DNA of 32,000 nt from Geobacter metallireducens GS-15 (GTDB lineage: Bacteria; Desulfobacterota; Desulfuromonadia; Geobacterales; Geobacteraceae): the NCBI RefSeq assembly GCF_000012925.1, contig NC_007517.1, forward strand, positions 150,001 to 182,000. Direction: 5' to 3'. A program made the position numbers and the translations under genes. Under the pieces are notes generated by a model. The model was not told the DNA's origin. It saw only the letters and a list, made by a program, of their open reading frames with translations, and made no database searches. This document shows, one piece after another, positions 1 through 8,319 of this stretch (within the stretch, counting starts at the first letter, position 1; each line of letters begins with the position of its first letter).

Positions 1-1
1 G

Positions 2-493
2 GATTTCCCGGTCATGGTGAAACTCAACGGCTCCGACAACCTGAACGGGGGACTCGACCTGGAGGAGGCGGTTCTGGTGGCCCGGATGCTGGATGAGGAG
101 GGGATCGACGCCATCGAGGTCTCCGGCGGCACACCGGCCTCGGGCGGACAGACCCCGGTCCGCCAGGGGATCGAGACCCGGGAGCAGGAGGCCTACAACC
201 TCCCCCTCGCCTACCGGATCAAGCAGGTGGTCTCCTGCCCCGTCATGGTGGTGGGGGGGTTCCGCACCTTCGAGCTGGTGGAAGGGGTCATCCGACGGGA
301 AGAGGCCGACTTTGTCTCCCTTTCCCGCCCCCTCATCCGGGAGCCCAACCTCCCTCGCCGCTGGGAGGAGGGGGACGAGAGCCGGGCCCGCTGCATCTCC
401 TGCAACGGCTGCTTCAAGCCGGGGATGAAGGAAGGGGGAATCTACTGCGTGGTGGACAAGGTGGAGCGGGAGAGCCGGGCGTTTTCCCTCTGA
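2..493 (+). CDS. NADH:flavin oxidoreductase / Old-Yellow-Enzyme-like protein, C-terminal part (5' end outside window)
   Basis: The frame is open from nt 2. It shows the TIM-barrel OYE-type stretch 'GIDAIEVSGG...VMVVGGFR...ADFVSLSRPLIREPNLP' and a C-terminal Cys cluster, 'CISCNGCF...YC'. Stop at 491-493. Confidence 0.7.
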   Translation, partial: DFPVMVKLNGSDNLNGGLDLEEAVLVARMLDEEGIDAIEVSGGTPASGGQTPVRQGIETREQEAYNLPLAYRIKQVVSCPVMVVGGFRTFELVEGVIRREEADFVSLSRPLIREPNLPRRWEEGDESRARCISCNGCFKPGMKEGGIYCVVDKVERESRAFSL

Positions 494-522
494 GGCGATA
501 CATTAGCGACACATTCCGTCAC

Positions 523-556
523 AGGCCCGGGGTAGGATTGCCCGGGCCTTGATTAT
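523..556 (+). terminator. Putative intrinsic terminator after the OYE-like gene
   Basis: Perfect 9-bp GC-rich stem, AGGCCCGGG (523-531) with CCCGGGCCT (541-549), and a 9-nt loop. It is followed by T-rich TTGATTATT. Confidence 0.5.
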
Positions 557-570
557 TCTGACGGGAAACA

Positions 571-1875
571 GTGAGCACCATGCCCGAACTCAGCCTTGCC
601 GAAAAACTCGAAATCCTCGCCGACGGCGCCAAGTACGATGTCTCCTGCGCCTCCAGCGGCAGCTCGCGCCGTAACAAAGGGGGGATCGGCAACGCCGCCC
701 AGTGCGGCATCTGCCACAGCTGGACCGCCGACGGCCGCTGCGTGTCGCTCCTCAAAATCCTCCTGACCAACGCCTGCATTTACGACTGCGCCTACTGCGT
801 GAACCGCCGCTCCAACGATACCCGCCGGGTGCTCCTCACCCCCGCCGAGGTGGCGGAACTCACCATCGGCTTCTACCGCCGCAACGCCATCGAGGGGCTC
901 TTCCTCTCCACCGGCGTGGTGAAGGATCCGGACCACACCATGGAGCTCCTCATCGAGGCGACCAGCATCCTGCGGGAGGAGCACCGCTTCAACGGCTACA
1001 TCCACGTGAAGGTGGTCCCCGGCGCCGACCTTCTCCTGGTTGACCGGCTGGGGCGCCTGGCGGACCGGGTGAGCGTCAACATGGAGCTGCCGAGCAGGGA
1101 GAGCCTGCAACTCCTGGCCCCGGACAAAAGCCGCGAGGCCATCGTCGCACCCATGAAACGGGTGGGGGAGCTCATCGTCCAGACAAAGGAGGAGCGGAAG
1201 GTATCCCGGAAGATCCCTCCCTTTGCCCCGGCGGGGCAGAGCACCCAGCTCATCATCGGCGCCAGCGGGGAGAGCGACCTGCAGATCGTGTCGCTGGCCG
1301 CCGGGCTCTACGGGCGCCTCTCCATGAAGCGGGTCTACTACTCGGCCTTCATTCCGGTGAACACCGACACTCGCCTCCCCTCCGTGGTCGGCACGCCGCC
1401 CCTGGTGCGGGAGCACCGCCTCTACCAGGCCGACTGGCTCATGCGCTACTACGGGTTCGCCGCCGGGGAGCTTCTGGACGAGGAGCACCCCAACCTGGAC
1501 CTCTCCCTGGACCCCAAGGCGGGGTGGGCCCTGCGGAACCTCCACCTCTTCCCCGTGGAGGTGAACCGAGCCCCCCTGGAACTTCTCCTGCGGGTGCCGG
1601 GGATCGGCGTCCGGTCGGCCCAGCGGATCGTCGGGGCACGGCGGGGGGGACACCTCTCCCTGGATGATCTGGCCCTGCTTGGGGTGGTCATGAAGCGGGC
1701 CCGGTACTTCGTCACGGCCCGGGGACGGTTCGGTGCCGACATGACCCCGGACGCCGCGGGACTCCAGGCGCGGCTCACGGAGCGGACTACCCCCCGGCCT
1801 CGCTGGAGCCAGCCCTCCCTCTTCGACGGCGCCAACGCCATCGACATCCGGTCCACCATCACGGGGGAGCTGTGA
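571..1875 (+). CDS. Putative DNA modification/repair radical SAM protein (TIGR03916-like) with C-terminal helix-hairpin-helix
   Basis: CxxxCxxC radical SAM motif 'CIYDCAYC', an N-terminal extra Cys cluster, and the HhH-like 'LLRVPGIGVRSAQRIV'. The start is GTG 571, or ATG 580 as an alternative. The stop overlaps the next gene's start (GTGA at 1872-1875). Confidence 0.85.
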   Translation: MSTMPELSLAEKLEILADGAKYDVSCASSGSSRRNKGGIGNAAQCGICHSWTADGRCVSLLKILLTNACIYDCAYCVNRRSNDTRRVLLTPAEVAELTIGFYRRNAIEGLFLSTGVVKDPDHTMELLIEATSILREEHRFNGYIHVKVVPGADLLLVDRLGRLADRVSVNMELPSRESLQLLAPDKSREAIVAPMKRVGELIVQTKEERKVSRKIPPFAPAGQSTQLIIGASGESDLQIVSLAAGLYGRLSMKRVYYSAFIPVNTDTRLPSVVGTPPLVREHRLYQADWLMRYYGFAAGELLDEEHPNLDLSLDPKAGWALRNLHLFPVEVNRAPLELLLRVPGIGVRSAQRIVGARRGGHLSLDDLALLGVVMKRARYFVTARGRFGADMTPDAAGLQARLTERTTPRPRWSQPSLFDGANAIDIRSTITGEL

Positions 1876-2618
1876 TCCTCCGCTACGACGGCACCTTTGC
1901 CGGATTTCTCACGGCCGTGGCCCTGGCACGGGAGCGGAGCGCCGAGCCCGAGGCGATCACTGACCGGGAGCCGGAGCAACAGGGGCTCTTCGCCGCCGTC
2001 GAAGAAGTGGAGACGGACCGGGACCGGGCCGGGGAGCTCTATCAGCTCATCCGCCGTACCCTCCCCGCCGGGGCCGTGCAGACTCTCCGCTACGCCTTCC
2101 ACGCCGGGGAACCGGGTCGGGAAATCCTCCTCTTCCGCTACCTGCAACTGGGGCTGACAACGGGGCCCCGGTTCGGCGCCATGCTGGCCCACGAGGCGGT
2201 CATCCCGGTCTGGAAGCTGGCCCGGGCAGTGGGGCGCGAGGCCCACCGCTACAAGGGGCTTGTTCGCTTCCGGCAACTGGAGGGGGATGTCTGGTACGCC
2301 GCCATGGAGCCCGATCACCGGATCCTCCCCCTCATCGCTCCCCACTTCGCGGCCCGGTTCGCCGACCAGCGCTGGATCATCCACGACCGACGGCGGAACG
2401 AGGCGGTGGCCTTCGACCCTGCCCGCCGCGAGTGGGCCGACATTCCCCTGGAGGTGACCGGTCCCCTCCCCCTCTCCGCTGGAGAGGAGCTCTTTCGGGA
2501 TCTCTGGCAGCGCTACTTCGACCGCCTCTCCATCGCGGAGCGCCACAATCCGAAGCTCCAGCGGCAAAACCTCCCCCTGAAGCACCGCCGGCACCTACCG
2601 GAGTTCGAGCGGGAGTGA
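1872..2618 (+). CDS. Probable DNA metabolism protein, DUF4130/TIGR03915-like partner of the radical SAM protein
   Basis: It is translationally coupled to the radical SAM gene by a 4-nt GTGA overlap. The ~248 aa size and 'RYKGLVRF...YAAMEPDHRILPLIAPHFAARF...WIIHD' resemble the family that is always paired with TIGR03916. Confidence 0.7.
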   Translation: MILRYDGTFAGFLTAVALARERSAEPEAITDREPEQQGLFAAVEEVETDRDRAGELYQLIRRTLPAGAVQTLRYAFHAGEPGREILLFRYLQLGLTTGPRFGAMLAHEAVIPVWKLARAVGREAHRYKGLVRFRQLEGDVWYAAMEPDHRILPLIAPHFAARFADQRWIIHDRRRNEAVAFDPARREWADIPLEVTGPLPLSAGEELFRDLWQRYFDRLSIAERHNPKLQRQNLPLKHRRHLPEFERE

Positions 2619-2698
2619 ACTGAACGCTACCGTCTGGATTTTTCCCGCAATGCTGGTATTCTGTCGAAGTCGCGAACACGAAGTGAAGGAGACAATGC

Positions 2699-2986
2699 GT
2701 GAAACCAACAAAAGAAGAACTGGCCCTTCAGGTGGACGTGGCGGAGTGGAACTGGCTCCGGGCCCATCTGGAGCGGGGGGGCCTGATCGTTGTGGCCCCT
2801 GAACTGGAAATAGCAGAGGTGGGGGAGCGGATCGCCAGGGACGACACGGCGACCGTGGGGGCATGGATCGAAACCGGCAAGCTGTCTAAGCCGAGCGAAG
2901 GGCAGATCGCCGCCTGGGACGCCGACAAGGCCGCCCGCTTCAGCACCCTCATCATCAGCCCCTATGTCCTCATGAAGGAGCACTGA
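2699..2986 (+). CDS. DUF2288-like small protein
   Basis: GTG start preceded by AAGGAGA (2686-2692). The 95-aa pattern 'W..L...L..G.LIVV.PELE..EVG..IA.DD...V..WI..GK...PS..Q...W......F..LI.SPYVL' fits DUF2288. Confidence 0.65.
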   Translation: MKPTKEELALQVDVAEWNWLRAHLERGGLIVVAPELEIAEVGERIARDDTATVGAWIETGKLSKPSEGQIAAWDADKAARFSTLIISPYVLMKEH

Positions 2987-2988
2987 CC

Positions 2989-3720
2989 ATGGCCGATAAC
3001 GAAACGATACCCTCCTGCGCCAACTGCAGCGCAGTCTGGCAGAAGAGCGGCACCACCAACTGCTGGAGCAGCCCGGACAACCGCCCCGGCCAGCCGGCCA
3101 ACTGCCCCTCGAAAACCTCCCCCGACATCATCGACGAGAGTTTCGCCGAGTACCGGGGGGATGGCGACGACGCCCGCCTTGCCCGCGTGGCGGCCAGGGT
3201 GGAGGGGCTCTGCTACCAGAAGATGCAGGGGAGCGACGCCGTGGTGGCCCGCTGGACCCGGGTGGAGGACACTGTCGCCCTGGCGAAGCTCATGGGGTGG
3301 ACGAAGGTAGGGATTGCCACCTGCATCGGCCTCCTGGAGGAAACGAAGCAGCTCGTCACCATCCTGGAGGCCCAGGGGCTGGAACCCGCCAGCGTCTGCT
3401 GCAAATCGGGGAGCATCGACAAGCTGGAACTGGGGCTGGAGGAGAGCGACAAGGTCCGCCCCGGCACCTTCGAGCCGGCCTGCAACCCCATCGCCCAGGC
3501 AGAGATACTGAACCGCTGCGGCACCCAGATGAACATCATCGTCGGCCTCTGCGTAGGGCACGACATGCTCTTCACCAAGCACTCGAAGGCACCGGTCACG
3601 ACGCTGGTCTGCAAGGACCGGGTCACGGGCCATAACCCCGCCGCGGTTCTCTATGGACAGAATTTCTACTACAAGCGGCTGAAGGTACAGCCCGTCGCGG
3701 TTCCTACCGAAGAAAAGTAG
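2989..3720 (+). CDS. Cys-rich metal-binding protein, DUF1847-like
   Basis: ATG lies 2 nt after the DUF2288 stop. There are many conserved-looking Cys residues ('CANCS...NCW...NCP', 'GLCVGHD', 'LVCKDRVTGHNP'). The family call is from memory of the 'CVGHD' region. Confidence 0.55.
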   Translation: MADNETIPSCANCSAVWQKSGTTNCWSSPDNRPGQPANCPSKTSPDIIDESFAEYRGDGDDARLARVAARVEGLCYQKMQGSDAVVARWTRVEDTVALAKLMGWTKVGIATCIGLLEETKQLVTILEAQGLEPASVCCKSGSIDKLELGLEESDKVRPGTFEPACNPIAQAEILNRCGTQMNIIVGLCVGHDMLFTKHSKAPVTTLVCKDRVTGHNPAAVLYGQNFYYKRLKVQPVAVPTEEK

Positions 3721-3752
3721 TTCTCCCCCCTTTTTGACATCCACGCACGGTC

Positions 3753-3799
3753 AGTCACCTTGAAAATCCTCCGCATCACGGAGGATTTTCAAGGTGACT
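3753..3799. terminator. Bidirectional intrinsic terminator between convergent DUF1847-like gene and uvrA
   Basis: Perfect 21-bp inverted repeat (3753-3773 / 3779-3799) with the 5-nt loop CATCA. The preceding CCTTTTTG supplies a U-tract for the minus-strand transcript. The right arm touches the uvrA stop codon. Confidence 0.8.
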
Positions 3800-6612
3800 C
3801 AGAGCAACTTCCGCAAATACTGCCCAGTATATGATCGCGTCACCTTGGCCACCTCCTCGGGAGTGCCGGTGGCGATCACCTCACCTCCCCGGTCGCCCCC
3901 TTCGGGGCCGAGATCGATGAGGTAATCGGCGGTCTTGATGACGTCGAGATTGTGCTCGATGATGACGATGGTGTTTCCCCCCTCCACGAGCTTTCGCAGC
4001 ACCTCCAGGAGTTTGGCGATGTCGTGGAAGTGGAGGCCGGTGGTGGGCTCGTCGAGGATGTAGATGGTGCGGCCGGTGGCGCGGCGGGCCAGCTCCTTGG
4101 CGAGCTTTACCCGCTGGGCCTCGCCGCCGGACAGCGTCGTGGCCGCCTGGCCGAGACGGATGTAGCCGAGCCCCACTTCCTCCAGGGTCTGGAGCTTCGT
4201 TTTGATCTTCGGGATGTTCTCCAGAAACCGCAGTGCCTCGGAGACGGTCATGTCCAGGACCTGGGCTATGGATTTCCCCTTATAGGTCACCTCCAGGGTC
4301 TCCCGGTTGTAGCGGGCCCCCTTGCAGACCTCGCACTGGACGTAGACATCGGGAAGAAAGTGCATCTCGATCTTGATGATCCCGTCCCCGGAGCACGCCT
4401 CGCACCGCCCCCCCTTCACGTTGAAGGAGTAGCGCCCCGGCTTGTAGCCCCGCACCTTGGATTCGGGGAGCTGGGCGAAAAGGTCACGGATGTCGGCGAA
4501 GACGCCGGTGTAGGTGGCGGGATTGGAGCGCGGCGTGCGGCCGATGGGGGACTGGTCGATGTTGATGACCTTGTCCAGCTGCTCCAGCCCCCGAATTTCA
4601 CGCACCGCCCCGGCCTTCTCCCGGCTCTTGTAGAGGCGCTGCCCCAGAACCTTGTAGAGGGTGTCGATGACCAGGGTCGATTTTCCCGATCCGGATACCC
4701 CGGTGACGCAGGTCATGACCCCAAGGGGGATGTCCACGGAGACATCCTTCAAGTTATTCTCCGTGGCCCCTGCCACGGTGATGACGCGTTTCGGTTTTCT
4801 CCGCTTCTTCGGCACCGCGATGGCGAGCTCCCCCGAGAGGTAACGCCCCGTGAGGGATGCGGGGTTCGCCATGATCTCCGCCGGGGTCCCCTGGGCCACC
4901 ACGCGGCCCCCGTGCTCCCCGGCGCCGGGCCCCATGTCGAGGACGTGGTCCGCCTCCAGGATCGTCTCCTCGTCGTGCTCCACCACGAGCACCGTGTTGC
5001 CGATGTCCCGCATGTGTTTCAAGGTCTGGAGGAGCCGGCCGTTGTCCCGCTGGTGGAGGCCGATGGAGGGCTCGTCCAGGATGTAGAGGACCCCCACGAG
5101 GCTGGAGCCGATCTGGGTGGCGAGCCTGATCCGCTGCCCCTCGCCGCCGGAGAGGGTGCCGGAGGCCCGGTCCAGGGAGAGGTAGTCGAGCCCCACGTTC
5201 ACGAGGAAGTTGAGCCGCTCCCGGATCTCCTTCAATATCCGGCGGGCGATCTCCTCCTCCTTGGGGGTCAGGGCCAGGGAGGCAAAGTACTCCAGGGCAT
5301 CCTTGATGGAGAGGGCCGTCACCTGTCGGATGTCGCGCCCCGCCACCTTCACGTGGAGCGCCTCCTTCTTTAGCCGCGCCCCTTCGCAGGTGGGGCACGG
5401 CATCACGTTCATGTACCGCTCCAGCTCCTCGTGGACCTGCTCCGAGTCGCTTTCCCGATAGCGCCGCTCCAGGTTCGGGATCACCCCTTCGAACTCCTTG
5501 GTGTAGGTGTGGCGGCGGCCACCGTCCTCCTCCCACCAGAATTCGATTTTCCGGCCGCCGGAGCCCCGGAGGATCACCTCCTGAACCTTCTGCGGCAGTT
5601 CCCTGAACGGGGTCTGGATGTCGAAGTCATAGGCCTTGGCCAGGGCGTCGAGGGTCATGTGGTACCAGCCGGAGAGCCGCTTCTCCCACGGGACGATGGC
5701 CCCGTCGCGGATGGAGAGGTCGGGGTTCGGCACCACCAGCTCCTGGTCGAAATACATCCGCGTGCCGAGGCCGGTGCAGTCGGGGCAGGCGCCGTAGGGA
5801 TTGTTGAAGGAGAACATCCGGGGGGTCATCTCCGGGTAGGAGATGCCGCAGTCAATGCAGGCCAGGGCCTCTGAGAAGAGGATGGTGTCGCCGTCGATGA
5901 CCTGCACCTTCACCACCCCTTCGGCATGGTTCAGGGCCGTCTCCAGGGAATCGGCCAGGCGCCGCTCGATCCCCGCCTTAACGATGAGCCGGTCCACCAC
6001 GATATCGATATCGTGTTTCTTGTTCTTGTCGAGGGGAATCTCCTCGGCAAGCTCGTACTGTACCCCATCCACGATGACCCGGGCGAAGCCGTCCTTGCGG
6101 AGCTGGGCCAGCTCCTTTCGGTACTCCCCCTTGCGCCCCCTGACCATGGGGGAGAGGAGCTGGAGCTTGGTCCCCGTTGCCATGGCCATGATCTGGTCAA
6201 CCATCTGGGAGACGGTCTGGGAGGTTATTTCTTTGCCGCACTGGTAGCAGTGGGGATGGCCGACCCGGGCGAAGAGAAGCCGGAGGTAGTCGTAAATCTC
6301 GGTAACGGTGCCCACGGTGGAGCGGGGGTTTCTGCTCGTGGTCTTCTGCTCGATGGAGATGGCGGGAGAGAGCCCCTCAATGGATTCCACATCGGGCTTT
6401 TCCATCTGCTCCAGAAACTGGCGGGCATAGGCGGAGAGTGACTCCACGTAGCGGCGCTGCCCCTCGGCATAGATGGTGTCGAAGGCCAGGGTCGACTTCC
6501 CCGAGCCGGAGATGCCGGTGATGACCACGAGCTTGTCCCGGGGGATCTCCACGTCGATGCACTTGAGGTTGTGCTCGCAGGCGCCTTTGACGATGATGGT
6601 GTCGTGTGCCAT
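3799..6612 (-). CDS. uvrA: Excinuclease ABC subunit A
   Basis: Canonical UvrA over its full length, with two ABC ATPase modules ('[10 protein letters not shown]', '[10 protein letters not shown]', two 'LSGGE.QR' signatures) and Zn-finger Cys pairs. I prefer ATG 6612 ('[10 protein letters not shown]...', RBS AAGGAA upstream) over the ORF-track start at 6657. Confidence 0.97.
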   Translation of the reverse strand: MAHDTIIVKGACEHNLKCIDVEIPRDKLVVITGISGSGKSTLAFDTIYAEGQRRYVESLSAYARQFLEQMEKPDVESIEGLSPAISIEQKTTSRNPRSTVGTVTEIYDYLRLLFARVGHPHCYQCGKEITSQTVSQMVDQIMAMATGTKLQLLSPMVRGRKGEYRKELAQLRKDGFARVIVDGVQYELAEEIPLDKNKKHDIDIVVDRLIVKAGIERRLADSLETALNHAEGVVKVQVIDGDTILFSEALACIDCGISYPEMTPRMFSFNNPYGACPDCTGLGTRMYFDQELVVPNPDLSIRDGAIVPWEKRLSGWYHMTLDALAKAYDFDIQTPFRELPQKVQEVILRGSGGRKIEFWWEEDGGRRHTYTKEFEGVIPNLERRYRESDSEQVHEELERYMNVMPCPTCEGARLKKEALHVKVAGRDIRQVTALSIKDALEYFASLALTPKEEEIARRILKEIRERLNFLVNVGLDYLSLDRASGTLSGGEGQRIRLATQIGSSLVGVLYILDEPSIGLHQRDNGRLLQTLKHMRDIGNTVLVVEHDEETILEADHVLDMGPGAGEHGGRVVAQGTPAEIMANPASLTGRYLSGELAIAVPKKRRKPKRVITVAGATENNLKDVSVDIPLGVMTCVTGVSGSGKSTLVIDTLYKVLGQRLYKSREKAGAVREIRGLEQLDKVINIDQSPIGRTPRSNPATYTGVFADIRDLFAQLPESKVRGYKPGRYSFNVKGGRCEACSGDGIIKIEMHFLPDVYVQCEVCKGARYNRETLEVTYKGKSIAQVLDMTVSEALRFLENIPKIKTKLQTLEEVGLGYIRLGQAATTLSGGEAQRVKLAKELARRATGRTIYILDEPTTGLHFHDIAKLLEVLRKLVEGGNTIVIIEHNLDVIKTADYLIDLGPEGGDRGGEVIATGTPEEVAKVTRSYTGQYLRKLL

Positions 6613-6691
6613 GGGGGTTCGGTTCCTTCGGTATGCGGTGATTAGGTCCGGAGTCATCCGGCAAAAAAGATACTATAGCACGGAACAGAAT

Positions 6692-6715
6692 AAAAAAAGG
6701 GCCGACCCTTCGGCC
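6692..6715 (-). terminator. Intrinsic terminator (minus strand) downstream of small ORF 6786-7076
   Basis: On the minus strand this reads GGCCGA-AGGG-TCGGCC followed by C and T7 (plus-strand A7 at 6692-6698). Confidence 0.6.
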
Positions 6716-6785
6716 GACCCCATGGCATAACAGCGAAATTGTTGAGACGCGCGTCGACGCTCCCCGCTGACCGGAGCGATGCCGG

Positions 6786-7076
6786 TCAGTTGGGGCGGTT
6801 CTCCCAGATCTGCCGGGTGAGCTCCTCGGCCCAGGCCGCGACCTCTTCCGGCGACCCGACAAAGAGCCCCTCTCCCCCCTCTCGTCGCACGTGGGCATTG
6901 AACCGATCCAGTGTCACCATGAGATGGGCCAGGGTTTTCATGCTCCCCTCGCCGCCATCCTCCGGCAGCACATGGTCGAAACAGGCATTCAGAAGATCAT
7001 CGGCAAGCTGTCCTCCCCGGGCATCCCCCGCAAGAAGCTGTGAAACCTCGCAAAACCGTCCGTGAGCCCCTTTCAT
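6786..7076 (-). CDS. Hypothetical small acidic protein (~96 aa)
   Basis: The minus-frame product has a helical, protein-like composition, whereas the overlapping plus-strand ORF is Ser/Pro/Arg-rich. ATG 7076 is preceded by GGGGAGGA, and a terminator follows. I recognised no family. Confidence 0.5.
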   Translation of the reverse strand: MKGAHGRFCEVSQLLAGDARGGQLADDLLNACFDHVLPEDGGEGSMKTLAHLMVTLDRFNAHVRREGGEGLFVGSPEEVAAWAEELTRQIWENRPN

Positions 7077-7151
7077 GGCGTCCTCCCCGCCCGCCTGCTG
7101 CGGGCCTTCCTTTTTCCTCCATTGACGGAGGAGGTCACTATCTCCCAGCAA

Positions 7152-7341
7152 TTTAGCCTTGCCCCACCCGGCACACCATGATAGGCTTCAAATTAAGCCC
7201 ATTTTTCCTTAAAACCTCTTCTCCCGTGGGCCGGTAAGGGGGATATTTTATTTCCTTGGTAATTTTATTATTATTCCAAAGAAATATATTGTCAACGAAA
7301 ATTTTTCATCCAGAAATATTGTTTCATCGGAGAGATATTTT
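7152..7341. promoter_or_regulatory. AT-rich divergent promoter/operator region
   Basis: By eye this is the most AT-rich stretch in the window. GATATTTTAT occurs twice (7242-7251, 7334-7343). AGAAATAT(A)TTGT occurs twice (about 7279-7291 and 7312-7322). A TTGTCA -35-like hexamer sits at 7289-7294. Confidence 0.4.
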
Positions 7342-7992
7342 ATGGCTGTTTCCCCCATCGTCCCGACCCCATCCACAGGGAGACGGATCAAGGAAATCCG
7401 GATAAACAAAGGACTGACTCAGAAGGAGTTTGCCGACTCCCTCGGGATCGTGCAGGGATTCCTCAGCGGCATCGAGCGGGAGAAGAAGACCCCTTCGGAC
7501 ACCCTCCTGATCGCCCTCTGTAATCTCTATGAAATAAGCCCGTCATGGCTCGCCTCGGGAGAGGGAGAAATGTACCGGACGCCGCGCCGCGCCGGGCAGC
7601 CCGCAACTTCTCCCGGTGGCGAAGGAATCCCGCTCCTGGAGCGGATAGGGCCAGAGTTTCCCCACCGGGTCGGGGAGGATGACATCCGTGATCGCGTGGC
7701 CCTGCCGGAGGTCAGCGAGGGATGCTACGCCATCGTCGCCTACGGTGATTTCATGGCCCCTACCATCCGGGACGGCGACCTGGTGATCTTCAGGCCCGGG
7801 GAAGAACCCCAGAACGGCGAAGTGGTCCTGGTGACCAACCGGTGGGGCGAGGCGATCCTGCGGCGGTATCGGGTCAGGAACGGCGATATCGTCTACTCCC
7901 CCGACAACGCCACCTACTCCCCCTTCACCCCCGCCCCGGAGACGCGGATCATCGGCACCGTGGCGGAGGTGTGGCGCAAGGTGAAACTATAG
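7342..7992 (+). CDS. XRE-type HTH + S24 (LexA/CI-like) domain transcriptional repressor, catalytic residues substituted
   Basis: N-terminal HTH 'LTQKEFADSLGIVQGFLSGIERE'. The C-terminal S24 fold aligns to LexA, with 'GDFMAPTIRDGDLV' and 'EAILRRYRV'. RBS GGAGAG lies 7 nt upstream of the ATG. Confidence 0.85.
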   Translation: MAVSPIVPTPSTGRRIKEIRINKGLTQKEFADSLGIVQGFLSGIEREKKTPSDTLLIALCNLYEISPSWLASGEGEMYRTPRRAGQPATSPGGEGIPLLERIGPEFPHRVGEDDIRDRVALPEVSEGCYAIVAYGDFMAPTIRDGDLVIFRPGEEPQNGEVVLVTNRWGEAILRRYRVRNGDIVYSPDNATYSPFTPAPETRIIGTVAEVWRKVKL

Positions 7993-8115
7993 ACGCTTTT
8001 TACCCCAAATGGGGCAGCCGTTCCCAGATTTCAGGCGGAACTCCTATTCCCCGCCAATCCGGCCATCCCGGAATTCCTCAGAAGCAACGGCACGTTATTA
8101 CCTTTGGTCGTGTGT

Positions 8116-8130
8116 TGGCACGCTCTCTGC
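8116..8130 (+). promoter_or_regulatory. Candidate sigma54 (RpoN) -24/-12 promoter
   Basis: TGGCAC-GCTCT-CTGC against the consensus TGGCAC-N5-TTGC, with correct GG/GC spacing. It lies ~35-40 nt upstream of the riboswitch aptamer. Confidence 0.45.
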
Positions 8131-8164
8131 TCTTTCCAGGGCAAGACCAACAACCGCATAGCCA

Positions 8165-8246
8165 CCGATAGACGATAATACTAAACCATCCGCGAGGGTG
8201 GGACGGAAAGCCTACAGGGTCTCCCCGAGACAGCCGGGTCGCCAAA
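8165..8246 (+). ncRNA. GEMM-I cyclic-dinucleotide riboswitch aptamer (probable GEMM-Ib / 3',3'-cGAMP type)
   Basis: 'CTAAACCATCCGCGAGGGTGGGACGGAAAGCCTACAGGG' closely parallels Vc2 'GCAAACCATTCGAAAGAGTGGGACGCAAAGCCTCCGGCC'. P1b is CCATCC/GGGTGG closed by the GNRA loop GCGA (8192-8195). The second hairpin is GTCTC-CCC-GAGAC. Confidence 0.8.
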
Positions 8247-8280
8247 TATCTCAACAGGATATGCCGGCCCCGGCTTTTTT
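8232..8280 (+). terminator. Riboswitch expression platform: intrinsic terminator
   Basis: AGCCGGG (8232-8238) pairs with CCCGGCT (8269-8275). An inner ATATC/GATAT stem is present, followed by T6 (8275-8280). The 5' arm is shared with the 3' part of the aptamer. Confidence 0.6.
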
Positions 8281-8319
8281 CATGACCGAAAGGGGCGTAA
8301 CATGAAAGGAGGAAACACC

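Noticed and set aside
6613-6657. 15-codon upstream extension of uvrA ('[15 protein letters not shown]')
   Set aside because: UvrA proteins normally start just before 'IIVKGAxEHNLK'. ATG 6612 has an AAGGAA RBS at suitable spacing. The 6657 start remains possible but is less likely.
6613-6700. SOS box upstream of uvrA (Geobacter-type GGTT-N2-C-N4-G-N3-ACC or CGAAC-N4-GTTCG types)
   Set aside because: I found no match on either strand. There is only an extended -10-like TGCTATAGT and a CCGGA-TGAC-TCCGG palindrome, so I make no LexA-regulation claim.
6739-7065. 108-aa plus-strand ORF overlapping the small minus-strand gene
   Set aside because: Its product is Ser/Pro/Arg-rich. The minus-strand frame has an RBS, a protein-like composition and a downstream minus-strand terminator. 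Confidence in either ORF is only moderate.
7993-8115. Possible tRNA, small RNA or terminator after the repressor gene (CCCC-AAAT-GGGG hairpin at ~8013-8024, GGAATTCC palindrome)
   Set aside because: The 4-bp stem has no flanking U-tract on either strand and there is no cloverleaf. It is probably just a spacer or enhancer region for the sigma54 promoter.
7842-8171. 109-aa plus-strand ORF running from inside the repressor gene through the sigma54 box into the riboswitch
   Set aside because: It is out of frame with the repressor, has low-complexity composition and covers clearly non-coding regulatory RNA.
8302-8319. Upstream ATG (8302) for the secreted protein
   Set aside because: ATG 8320 is preceded by a near-perfect AAAGGAGG RBS that lies inside the would-be extension. 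The signal peptide starts at 8320.
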